Shown here one piece after another: positions 43,095-53,322 of a stretch of 64,000 bases of DNA (its first letter is position 1; every line of letters starts with the position of its first letter). A program made the translations under genes and the position numbers. The DNA comes from Octopus vulgaris (taxonomy: Eukaryota): NCBI GenBank assembly GCA_951406725.2, contig OX597832.1:16988001-17052000 (forward strand), written 5' to 3'. The notes under the pieces were generated by a model that was not told the origin of the DNA, did no database searches, and was given only the letters and a program-made list of their open reading frames with translations.

Positions 43095-43428
43095 TTTACC
43101 CCCTTCGGTCAGACACTGACCATGGGTTTGCACCTAGAGAGTTACCCTCTGAGGCACAAGTCTGGGCAAGGTTGTTTTATGGACGACCAGCAGTCGCCCA
43201 TGCATACCGGTCTCCCCTCTCCACGTCACGGATGTTGTCCAAGGGAAAGGCAAGGGCCGATACAGCTTGGCACCTGTGACGTCGCAACTCATTTCTACAG
43301 CTGAGTGAACTGGAGCAACGTGAAATAAAGTATCTTGCTCAAGAATACAACACGCAGTCCGGTCCGGGATTCGAGCTCACAACCTCACGATCGTAAGTTC
43401 GACGCTCTAACCACTGAGCCACGCGCCA

Positions 43429-43430
<2 letters not shown>
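43095..43430 (-). mobile_element. tRNA-derived SINE (homologous to 55745-56070, plus)
   Basis: Head tggcgcgtggctcagtggttagagcgtcgaac...gttcgaatcc-like; shared body with 55745-56070. Confidence 0.75.
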
Positions 43431-43504
<74 letters not shown>

Positions 43505-43612
43505 CAGTAATAATATAGGGTGAAATATGGTTATTAATTACTATTAATGATCATATATATATATATATAGTTTGTGTCTGAAAGTACGACCGTGTCTTGG
43601 CTACACTGATAA

Positions 43613-43655
<43 letters not shown>

Positions 43656-43693
43656 TGTGTGTACCACACACATACACACTCAAATATGCATAC

Positions 43694-43759
<66 letters not shown>

Positions 43760-44536
43760 TTCTTATACAACGATGTTGTATGGTTTGGAAATTGAAAGGT
43801 TTGCTGGTGAACATCGGTTCGAAATGTACGTCAATTATTTTTATCGTAGAAAATTCACTTATGTTTGATATTAGCGAAAGTAAATGGACTACCAAAGAAA
43901 AACCGTTTGTTCCAAACCGCCACTATAAATTAAGAAATACTGTTTTTAGATGGATGTACCTCTTGAGACAAGGTCCTTCATTAGCGGACGAGGTAACCTA
44001 ATGAATATGAAACTTACTTTGAGAATACTGAGTAGCAGAGTGCATTGTCGTACTTAGTTAAATCAATTTACGCTATATGTTTAAATAACGCCGAGATTGC
44101 CTTTGACTTTCTTTCTTCAGGCTTCGTTGGAATAACTATTATTCAATTACTGATGTCAGCTTAATCGATTAAGCGGTTTTCTCAAAATTCGTGGCTTCTG
44201 TGACCTGTATAAGAAGTGAATTATGAAACTTAACGGCGGAAGATGGCGCATTTGTTAGAGCGCCTGGCAAAATGTTTCAGTGTGTTTCCTTACGTAAAGT
44301 TCTAAGCTCAAATACTCAGTGTCGTAAGCGTCTATCATTATTCTCTCCTTCCTTCTATATCTATAACATATTAACCAGTCAAAAATGTGTGTCGATATAA
44401 TTAATGATACACTCTACGTCGAAATAAGAGAACTGTCTCTTTGCTTACTTTTGTTTCAAGTATGCTTATTACCATAATTGTTTTTCGATTTTTATTATAT
44501 AATTCTAAGTTCTTTGGCCACCGGAGTTAAAACCAA

Positions 44537-44590
44537 GCAGTTGTCGTTCTGACGACGGCTATTGCGCCAGAAACACGTCTCCGCAACTGC
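44537..44590 (+). ncRNA. Degenerate minimal hammerhead-like motif
   Basis: gcagttg...CTGACGA-c-ggc tattgc gcc-a-GAAACACGTC...caactgc. Confidence 0.4.
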
Positions 44591-45234
44591 CTTCTTATCG
44601 CCAGACACTCAGCTTGTCTTTATCCTTAACGATATGTCATTTATGGAAAATCCTTGGCTTTTGAGTTTATTTTCCCCTTCTCATGATTATGATGAATCCT
44701 TTGAAGTCAGAGATTACTTCAATAAATCAAGAATTTATGTTCTATGTTATTAAGCACAGTTTTATTCGTCTTTGTTACGGTATAGTTATTAATACAAATT
44801 AATTTATGTATTCATATATTGCTAGAATCTACCTTGCTTTCGCTGCACCTGCCTAGAGCCAATATCGAATATGTGTCGGTCTACTCGAGTGTTTAAACTT
44901 GCTTAACTTAACAGTTAATTAAGAGACATATTTATAAACAAGACCAATAATCATTTAATATTCCAACTCTGCGTCACGTCTTACAATGGATTAAATCATT
45001 GATGTAAGACACCAACTAAAAGGTCGCTGCAAGAAGTCTAAAACCTGCCAGAAATAGTAGTTAAATGACCCTGTAATCAACCTATACTTTCTCTACAAAC
45101 CTGAGAAGGATTGGTTAGAAAATTTGTGATGCTGAATGCGCAGTGCTTAAAAATATGAGGAGGTGGAGACCATCATAACCATAACAGCTTTGGTCATAAG
45201 TCTACTCGTACTCTTTCAAGTACGTTTTAGCTGA

Positions 45235-45279
<45 letters not shown>

Positions 45280-45361
45280 CAATAATAAATCTCTGAACGA
45301 GTGGCTTTTCTTCACTGGAAATATATGTATTTGCATTGGGACCCCTTCGCATCGAAGACCA

Positions 45362-45420
45362 GTGATTGTCGTGCTCTGACGACGGGTAAATATTCAGAAA
45401 CCCGGGTCCGTGCGTATCAC
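45362..45420 (+). ncRNA. Minimal type-I hammerhead-ribozyme-like motif
   Basis: CTGACGA-c-gggt aaat attc-a-GAAAC CCGG GTC, with palindromic stem III and outer gtgat/atcac pairing. Stem I is imperfect. Confidence 0.5.
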
Positions 45421-45597
45421 ATCAGGTCGACAATGGGAAGGATAGCTTAGCTTTGCAAATACTGACAGGGCACAGAAAGTGTGTCAATAGCCAGCTGGAG
45501 AAGATGTTCTCCTGGGGCTACAAGCTAAAGTAGCATCCACACTTAGTGGTTAGCAACAATTATGTGGCAAATATACTTCACACTAACACACACACAC

Positions 45598-45646
<49 letters not shown>

Positions 45647-45656
45647 CATACATACA

Positions 45657-45724
<68 letters not shown>

Positions 45725-46539
45725 CACCACTAACGCCAACACCAACACCTGCCCAACACTATCCTTATCGTCACCATCGTCGGCATCCTCGCAACCGCCA
45801 TCATCTTTCAAGTATAAAACAGCCGTGATGAAACACTACTGCAATCAATAATTTCAAGTAGAACGACTGACTGTTATTTCTAAGATGCTGTTTGTTCTTA
45901 AACTTTAGATGTGACTTAAAACGATAAGGATTTGTTTTCTTTTATGAGGAGTGTAAACGTCATAACATATTCATTCCTACAGTGTCATGACTTAAAACCT
46001 TTGTACGTATTTTTTTTTGTAATTCCTATTGTTATTCCATTTATTTATTTATTTATTTATTTATCGATCTGCGTCCAAATACTTTAGTTGATCTGAATAT
46101 AATTGGCAATATGATTTCGACTCATAGTGTCAGATATTTCACTGCAGTTTTTCTTTTCTTTTTCTGCCTTGAGCCCTGGGGCTCATAAGGTCACCCGTTA
46201 ACGGACGCCAGTCCATTGCAGATAACAAGGGAGGCAATTTCCGAGGGGAAACAAATTGTTTTCAAACGCCTCAGTATTTGAGTGGTATTCTATTTTATCG
46301 AACTCGAAGTGATGAAAGGCAAATTTGGCGGTTGGATTTGAACTAAAATCGTAAATACATAGGAAGTGAGGGATTCTGCTAAGGATTTTCGCCGACGTCC
46401 TAACACTTCTGCCATTTCGCCGACTTTAGTTTAATTACTGTTGCTTAGTTTATTTGAGATCTCTTCAAAAACAATTCATTTTTTTACTTTTTGTGTTTAT
46501 GAGATACAAATATTTCTTTTTATATCATAATTTACTGGT

Positions 46540-46870
46540 GTGGAGGTGAAATGGCCCAGTGGTTATGGCAGCAGAATGGTGTTTGTAGGATCGCGGTTTT
46601 GATTCACAGACCGGGCGTTGTGAGTGATTATTGAGCGAAAACACCTAGTTTAACGAGGCTCCGGCAGGAGGTGCTGGTGAACCATGCTATATTCTTTCAC
46701 TGCATCTTTCTCTCATTGTTTCTGATGTACCTGTATATCAAAGGGCCAGCCTTGTCACACTCTATGTCACGCTGCATCTTCCCGAGAACTTAGACGTTAA
46801 TTTCACGAGCAGGCTGTTCCGTTCAACGGATCAACTGGAACCCTCTTCGTCGTAACCGACGGAGTGCCAC
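46540..46870 (+). mobile_element. Third-family-related SINE
   Basis: Reverse-complement homology to 28768-29150. Confidence 0.8.
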
Positions 46871-46978
46871 AAATTTATTGGTATCAAAGTTTGGCACAAG
46901 GCCACCGATTTCGGGGCGTGGGGTGGATTAGATTGATTGCATCGACCCCCAAGCTTCAAATGGTATTTATTTTATCGC

Positions 46979-47206
46979 GGTGAGCTGGCAGAATCGTTAG
47001 CACGCCGGGCAAAATGCGTAGCCGTATTTCGTCTGCCGTTACGTTCTGAGTTCAAATTCTGCCGAGGTCGACTTTGCCTTTTATCCTTTCGGGGTCGATT
47101 GATTAAGTACCAGTTGCGCACAGGGGTCGATGTAATTGACTTGATCCGTTTGTCTGTCCTTGTTTGTCCTCTCTGTGTTTGGCCCCTTGTGGGTAGTAAA
47201 GAAATA
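46979..47206 (+). mobile_element. Tail-A SINE nested antisense in an older related SINE (host ~46878-47335, minus)
   Basis: TSD ggtatttattttatcgc at 46962-46978 and 47207-47223. Confidence 0.9.
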
Positions 47207-47535
47207 GGTATTTATTTTATCGCCTCAAAAGGCGAAGTCGAACCGGGCGGCATTAGATATCAGAACGTTATGTCGGAGGGAATGCTGTTAAGCATTTGTC
47301 CGGTACAGTAACAATTCTGCCAGCTCGCAGCCCCATTAATGTGTCGTAGTTTTTAGACAAACGTTGTGATGTTGCTGGTGTAGTACAACCTAGAAAATCC
47401 GTGATTGGTTTCGATTCACATACAGAGCAATTTCGTTTTCCCATATTACGTTTATGCTTTTATGAAGGCATAAATATCTCGCTATCCTATTGTGTTACGC
47501 ATATCAAGTTTAAGCCAATTTTTTACGTACATATA

Positions 47536-47903
47536 TATTTCTTTACTACCCACAAGGGGCTAAACACAGAGGGGACACACAAGGACAGACAAAAGGATTA
47601 AGTCGATTACATCGCCGCCAGTTCGTAACTGGTACTTAATTTATCGACCCCGAAAAGATGAAAGGCAAAGTCGACCTCGGCGGAATTTGAACTCGTAACG
47701 TAACGACAGACGAAATACCTATTTCTTTACTACCCACAAGGGGCTAAGCAGAGAGGGGACAAACAAGGACAGACAAAGGGATTAAGTCGATTACATTGAC
47801 CCCAGTGCGTAACTGGTACTTAATTTATCGACCCCGAAAGGATGAAATGCAAAGTCGACCTCGGCGGAATTTGAACTCGGAACGTAACGACAGACAAAAT
47901 ACG
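47536..47903 (-). mobile_element. Two headless 184-bp SINE units (tail type A) downstream of the LINE
   Basis: Units start at 47536 and 47720 (tatttctttactacccacaagggg...gacgaaatacc). They contain a B box (gagttcaaattcc on minus) and a core gactttgcctttcatcctttcggggtcgataaa resembling the Meta/MESC SINE domain. Confidence 0.9.
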
Positions 47904-48150
47904 AATTTCTTTATTGCCCACCGGGGGCCAAACATAGATATGGACAGTACAACTGATGGGATCAGTGAATCGATATGATTTTACATAAATGTGACATCAA
48001 AAATAAAATACAATACATAAAAATCGAATGGAATACACAGTACAAAAACAATACAAATGAAGCGATGATCAAGTTACGCTCCGATCCCACAAGCCCCGAT
48101 CTACCGCTGATACCTTTTTATTTTTCCTTTTTTTTTTTTTCCTCGTCTAT

Positions 48151-48737
48151 TCACACGGTTCCTTGCACGCACAACACTCGTGCAACATACTTCCATCTCT
48201 TTCGGAACGTACACTCTGACAGACACCTCTTCTCCAGCCACAGTTTCCTTTTCAAATGAAAAGAAAAAAAGGATCGTAAATTGTCACCAGAGATAAAGTT
48301 GCCTGTCTTAATTCCTTTTATCCTAGTCTTCCATACTGCCTCTTTTGCTATTGCTACAACCGTGAGAAAACAATTCTTACCTTCGTTCGTTAGAACTCCC
48401 TGTGGGTCAATTTTTATAATTGACTCAGTCGGCAGCCGTACTCTTCCTTCGCCGGACAACAGATGTTCAGCATAAGCCCACATTTCAGTTATCTCCGGAC
48501 ACTGAACAATAGCGTGAGGGACGGTTTCCCTGTCCCCCCCCCGCATCTTGGACAGGTCGGCGACTGACGTTTACCATGTCTTGCGAGCTTATCCCAAACG
48601 GGCAAGGCACCTCTGTAGCATTGCCAGGTTAAGGACTTTTGGAAGTTGTCCAACGTTCTCAACCCGAATGTACGATGAAAGAAGCTGTCCAGTTGAATAA
48701 ATCCGAGACCTAGAGTCGACCCCAGGCCATCGTCGCA
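48151..48737 (-). pseudogene. C-terminal part of LINE ORF2 with CCHC zinc finger, separated by one stop and one frameshift
   Basis: Reading on in frame past the TAA at 48738-48740 gives CDDGLGSTLG...WQCYRGALPVWDKLARHGKRQSPTCPRCGG. A shift in the G-run near 48535-48542 then gives DRETVPHAIVQC...FRKRWKYVARVLCVQGTV*. Together these form the L1-type C-x2-C...H-x4-C knuckle. Confidence 0.85.
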
Positions 48738-51554
48738 TTAAGACTCTACCAACCCACTATATAAAATCCGTGTGGAACCCCCACCGCTGGCGTTGCCCGA
48801 GCGCCGGAACAGCAAGAGGGCCTTACGGCACTCTTTATGCCACTCACTCGACCTCGGTCTACGAGAACACCAGGTTTCCTGTTCGCAAAAACTCTTGAAC
48901 TCAGGGAACATTTGTCTGGCCAGTGGAGACCACACCCGTTCACTATCCAGGAGAATCCAGAGGTGCCTCAACCTCAACGCATGTCTGCGCATCATTAACC
49001 AAGGCATCCCTAAACCTCCATTTAAAGGCTTTTGACAGCAGACAGAGCGTTTCACAAGTGGCGACCTGCCCTTCCACAAAAAGCGAAAGAGCTGTCTCTC
49101 CAACCTGATCAACCACGAATCCGGACAGGGCACGACGGTCAGGCGGTAGGTAATGACCGATGCGATAAACACATTGGCCACTTCCGCCCTCCCTTTCAGG
49201 GATAGCCACCGCCAAGACCAGGTCTTGACTACTGCAGCCACCCTGCTCAATACCTCCGTCCAGTTCTTCTCTATCTGGAGGCCTGGTCCAAACCAGACTC
49301 CCAGCAACTTAACCGGTCCCTCCGTCCAGCGCCTAACAACACTGTCTGAAGGCATCGACTTGCCAACCCAGGTGCCGAGCTGCAAGCCGACCGATTTTTC
49401 CCGGTTAATCTTTGCTCCTGCTACCTCCTCGTAAGCCTCAATAGTCTTACCTACTTCACGTAGGCGTGCCACTGTGGTTACACCGATAGTGATATCATCC
49501 GCGAAAGCCGTAACAAACTCCTCTAGTCCTGGTTCTCTCGGGATGCCACTCAACCTTTGCAGTAATGGCTCGAGAGCCATCACATACAAAAGTGGTGAAA
49601 GCGGACATCCTTGACGAACCGAGCGTCTGATGCAGAACGGCTTCGAAAGGAAACCGTTCACCCGAACTATCGAGTCAATGTTGTGGTACAAAGCGATAAA
49701 CCACCTGAGGAAGCCAAGGCCCAGGCCAAACCGCGCAAGTACAGTCGCTAGGTATCGATGGTCAACCCTATCAAAAGCTTTAGACTGGTCCAAATGCACC
49801 ATTGCCCCACCTTTGCCAGATTTATTACCAAACCTCTCTATGGTATAGCGAATAAGATGGAGGGCATCCTGAATGGTTCTGCCTGGGATGGCACATGTCT
49901 GTGCCTCCCCGACTATACCATTCGCGACACGCGCCAACCTTTTTGCTAGAACCTTGGCCAAAATCTTCACTTCTGCGTTTAACAGAGTGATGGGCCTGAA
50001 ATTCTCTAGAACGTCCCCCTTGTCCGGGTCCTTTCTGACCAACGTCACTACTCCCCGGCGCACAGATCTGGGGATAAACCCATTCTGTTTCCAGTTCGCG
50101 TACACGTCAGTCAGTAGTTGCCCGAACAAGTCTGGCATACATTTATACAGCTCGTACGGAAGACCATCAAGTCCCGGTGACTTACCCGCTTTACAATCGA
50201 CCAAAGCCTCTATCATCTCCTCAGGTGTGATTGGCCCTTCGCAAGACTCCGCATCCGACCCCGAGAGGCACGGCAGCCCGGTAAGAAAGTCCTCGAGGGC
50301 TCTCCCACCACCAGGACCGCCGTCACCCCCGAACAGCTGGGCGAAGTACTCCCGAAAGACCTCACACATTTTCTCGGGTTCGTTTATCAAGACACCATTT
50401 TGATTCGTCAAAGACCGTATAGAGGAACTATTTCCTTGCCGAGCTTCCACCACTCGGGCCCATCCAGCGGCTTTGATTCCTTCACTTCCCATTGCACGTA
50501 ACTTAGCTCTGGTAATACTTCCCATGTGGTGGGCTTCAAGATGCTGGTTTAACTCCAGTCTTTTCACCCTCGCTTGGTCTGTATTACCAGTCCTCCAGGC
50601 TTCTTCTAGTTCCTTAACTAGACCATCTCCTATTTTACGTCCCTTCTTAGCTAAACTTATGCTAAACCTAATAGACTCATATTTGATGGCTCTTTTTAGG
50701 GCGTACCACCATTTGTTATTAATGATGGTACCTGTTAATGCCCTCTGTATTAACATCTTGTTCCGCTTTCTGTACTCCTCAATCGCCAAAAGGGACGTAT
50801 TGAGTTTCCAGTAGCCAGATCCCTGTCTATGCATCTTATCTACCGTCAGTTTACAGGTAACCATATTGTGGTCACTGTAGCTGACTAGAAAAAACTGTGG
50901 ACACTCAACTATGGACTTATCTTTTTCTCTAATTAAAATCCTATCTAGATATGTTCTGGTAGACCCGTCACTATTTGACCACGTCCACTGTGGAGTGTTC
51001 GGGTGCTCCAACCTATATGGATCTGCTAGCTGAAATTGACTTAGCAGATCCCGAAAGCCTGGGTTACATTTTCTGTTCATGTTCGAGTTTGAGCCAACAC
51101 AATCTGTGTGCGCTGCACATATTGTATTAGAGTCTCCTAACACTACTAGTGAATGCGACGTGGCTAGGAACTTCCCTAGGCCACGAAAATATTCAGTTTG
51201 CGGGCCAATAATGTTTGGTGCGTAAATAGCGACCAGCCTGATTGTCTTGCCACAACTGAATGTCAAGTCGAGAACGACCAGCCTGCCTTCTGGGTCAGAA
51301 AAAAACAACTTTTTCTCGGCTACCCGGTTTCTTTTTAGTAGGACCAACACCCCACCCCCACCTCCCGCCCGACTCGGAGAAACGTATTTCTCGTAGCCGT
51401 TCAGGAGGGGGAGCAGATCTCTTGGCCCCTTCACCCGGGTTTCCGTTGCAACAATTACATCCAAATTTCTCGACCTGATGTCATTCAGAAAGCGTCCTTG
51501 CTTCCAGCCTGACAACAGGCCATGAACATTTAAACAACCAATGTGAATAGCCAT
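48738..51554 (-). CDS. LINE ORF2: apurinic-like endonuclease + reverse transcriptase (ends at a premature TAA)
   Basis: APE motifs CLNVHGL, ATETR, VAIYAPN, VLGDSN, YLDRIL, SDHNMV. Tx1/L1-type GYWKLNTSLL. RT motifs KSPGLDGL, NFRPITLLN, DQSKAFDRVDH, SVRQGCPLSPLLY, AFADD, KLLGVWF. ATG at 51554. Confidence 0.95.
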   Translation of the reverse strand: MAIHIGCLNVHGLLSGWKQGRFLNDIRSRNLDVIVATETRVKGPRDLLPLLNGYEKYVSPSRAGGGGGVLVLLKRNRVAEKKLFFSDPEGRLVVLDLTFSCGKTIRLVAIYAPNIIGPQTEYFRGLGKFLATSHSLVVLGDSNTICAAHTDCVGSNSNMNRKCNPGFRDLLSQFQLADPYRLEHPNTPQWTWSNSDGSTRTYLDRILIREKDKSIVECPQFFLVSYSDHNMVTCKLTVDKMHRQGSGYWKLNTSLLAIEEYRKRNKMLIQRALTGTIINNKWWYALKRAIKYESIRFSISLAKKGRKIGDGLVKELEEAWRTGNTDQARVKRLELNQHLEAHHMGSITRAKLRAMGSEGIKAAGWARVVEARQGNSSSIRSLTNQNGVLINEPEKMCEVFREYFAQLFGGDGGPGGGRALEDFLTGLPCLSGSDAESCEGPITPEEMIEALVDCKAGKSPGLDGLPYELYKCMPDLFGQLLTDVYANWKQNGFIPRSVRRGVVTLVRKDPDKGDVLENFRPITLLNAEVKILAKVLAKRLARVANGIVGEAQTCAIPGRTIQDALHLIRYTIERFGNKSGKGGAMVHLDQSKAFDRVDHRYLATVLARFGLGLGFLRWFIALYHNIDSIVRVNGFLSKPFCIRRSVRQGCPLSPLLYVMALEPLLQRLSGIPREPGLEEFVTAFADDITIGVTTVARLREVGKTIEAYEEVAGAKINREKSVGLQLGTWVGKSMPSDSVVRRWTEGPVKLLGVWFGPGLQIEKNWTEVLSRVAAVVKTWSWRWLSLKGRAEVANVFIASVITYRLTVVPCPDSWLIRLERQLFRFLWKGRSPLVKRSVCCQKPLNGGLGMPWLMMRRHALRLRHLWILLDSERVWSPLARQMFPEFKSFCEQETWCSRRPRSSEWHKECRKALLLFRRSGNASGGGSTRILYSGLVES

Positions 51555-51565
51555 CACTTACCTGT

Positions 51566-52813
51566 TTAATTATGATTGTCCGGTGGAGGGGGACCCTCCA
51601 CCTTTTTTTGATCCAGGGTCGGAGGTGGACGGTCTTGGGAAATAGATTTGTCAAAATCCCGTCTCACCACCGACACAGAATTATCAGGTGGAGGGTGAGT
51701 CTCCACCTTTTCCTTTTCTCGCGGGATCGGAGCTGGTAATCCATGAAATATCGACTTGTTAAAATCTAATCTCAATGAAGATACAGTCTTTCTGTACTTA
51801 TTTTGTAGAATTCTATAAGTCTTATTTGAGACTTCATATATGTCGTAATTGATAAATTCCTCTGAAAGGTTATCAACTTTTTTTACAGTCTTTATGAGTT
51901 GAATGTCTCTCATGAGCTCAGTATCTTTAGTGTATACGGCTATTATGCCTTTTTCTTCTTTTTCTCTTCTGGCAGTCTTTTTTGGTCGTTGTTCTGTAGT
52001 AGTCGCCGCTCTCGGCTGGGTTGCTGGTTGTATTTTTCTTTTGTTTGTTGTTTTTTTCCCAGCTGTTTCTTCTTTATCTTCTTCCTCTTTGTCTTTTTTC
52101 TCCTCTTCCTCCTCTTCTTCATTTTCCTTGCAGTTCCTTCGAATGTGTCCTAATTGACCACATAAAAAACATCGAGGTTTTCGGCCCTCAACAAACACCA
52201 CGAGGTTCTCCTCCCCTACCTCAATTGTCTCAGGAATTGTTTGAATTATTTTAGGGTCCGCTTGAATGAGAAGATTAATTGTTTGACCATCCCAGCGTGG
52301 GTTTTCCGTAGCGGTAGCCTGGAGGAGAGTAATTTTTTCTACCTCTTTGATTAGGACTGCCGCCAACAACCACATAGGTTCGACCTCTGGCGGGACCCTT
52401 GTAATTTTTATTCGCGACGTCCTCATCCCCATATAATAGGGTATTAACTCCACGTCGTTCGTTTTCAACGTTTCAACTGAGTTCTTGTGTGCTTTTTCTT
52501 TATTGGTGAACCTTACTTCCACCGTTCCGAATTTTTTCCTCTTCTCAGAAATACTACGTCGCCCAATATTGGCTTTAAGCACTTTTCTATTTTCTCTTCT
52601 GACATTCTTTCAATTTTTCTTTTTTGTAGACAATATGTTTTGAAAATTATTGTTTTTTTGCTTTTCTTCCTGTAATAACTTTTGCGGAGGTTCAGTTTTC
52701 ACACCTTTGTCAGTTATTTCCATCATTTTGCTGTATTTCATAATTTCGCTTTTATTCGTCGACAGTATCTGGGTTCCACCCCCAGCAGCCAACGCAAAAC
52801 ATTTTTTTTCCAT
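51566..52813 (-). CDS. LINE ORF1 (nucleic-acid-binding protein with CCHC zinc knuckle), interrupted by one in-frame TGA
   Basis: CFLCGQLGHIRRNC knuckle followed by an acidic/basic low-complexity region. Track ORFs 52610-52813 and 51566-52582 are in the same frame, separated by TGA at 52610-52612. The true start is uncertain. Confidence 0.8.
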
Positions 52814-53259
52814 TTTTTGGTTCTATCTGGATGCTAGGCACATCAATTATTCTCTTCGACACAATGCCTTTGTTCTCTGGCAAAGTCGGAAACTCTTCTG
52901 GTGAAAGTTCTGACGAGCTCTCAGACACATCTCCAAAAATATCAAATATATTATCGTCTCTGCTATTCCTTCTTGTAGCGGGGAAACCCCTATTTCCTTG
53001 TCTGTAGTTGGATCCTCGCCGGACATGTATTTCCTCCTCTCAACAGGAGAAACAAGTATTTCTGCTCCAACAGTAGGCTCCATGCTAGACGACATTCTTC
53101 CCCCCAAAGGGGGAATGAACAACGCGTGCTACCACAAGCACTAAGTGTTTTCAATTGAAAACTCCAACAGTTAAGTTATTCAACAGTTTAACAAGAAACA
53201 ACAGTTGTTAACAATATTAACACCACGAAACAGCAAGTCTTACTTCACGAACACATGTG

Positions 53260-53322
53260 CGACAGACAAAATACGGCAACGCATTTCGCCCGGCGTGCTA
53301 ACGTTTCTGCCAGCTCGCCGCC
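53260..53322 (-). mobile_element. Displaced 5' head of the SINE interrupted by the LINE
   Basis: Minus strand ggcggcgagctggcagaaacgttagcacgccgggcgaaatgcgttgccgtattttgtctgtcg matches the heads of intact copies at 28412 and 39612. Confidence 0.9.

Larger units (their letters stand above)
47904..53259 (-). mobile_element. Full-length L1/Tx1-clade non-LTR retrotransposon (ORF1 + APE/RT ORF2) inserted in a SINE head
   Basis: Two ORFs with L1/Tx1 motifs. Flanked by an exact 16-bp direct repeat cgacagacaaaatacg at 47888-47903 and 53260-53275. The 3' end reads ...GGGCAATAAAGAAATT (minus) with no long poly(A). The flanks rejoin into one continuous SINE. Confidence 0.95.

Noticed and set aside
48772-50814. 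Plus-strand ORFs overlapping ORF2
   Set aside because: Antisense shadows of a GC-richer coding region.
52847-53122. 91-aa ORF in the LINE 5' region as a separate gene
   Set aside because: No recognisable motif; it may be 5' UTR or a broken ORF1 extension.
53240-53259. gttcgtgaag at the LINE 5' end as a replacement Pol III B box
   Set aside because: Only a partial match to GTTCRANNC, and T-runs in the LINE would terminate Pol III.
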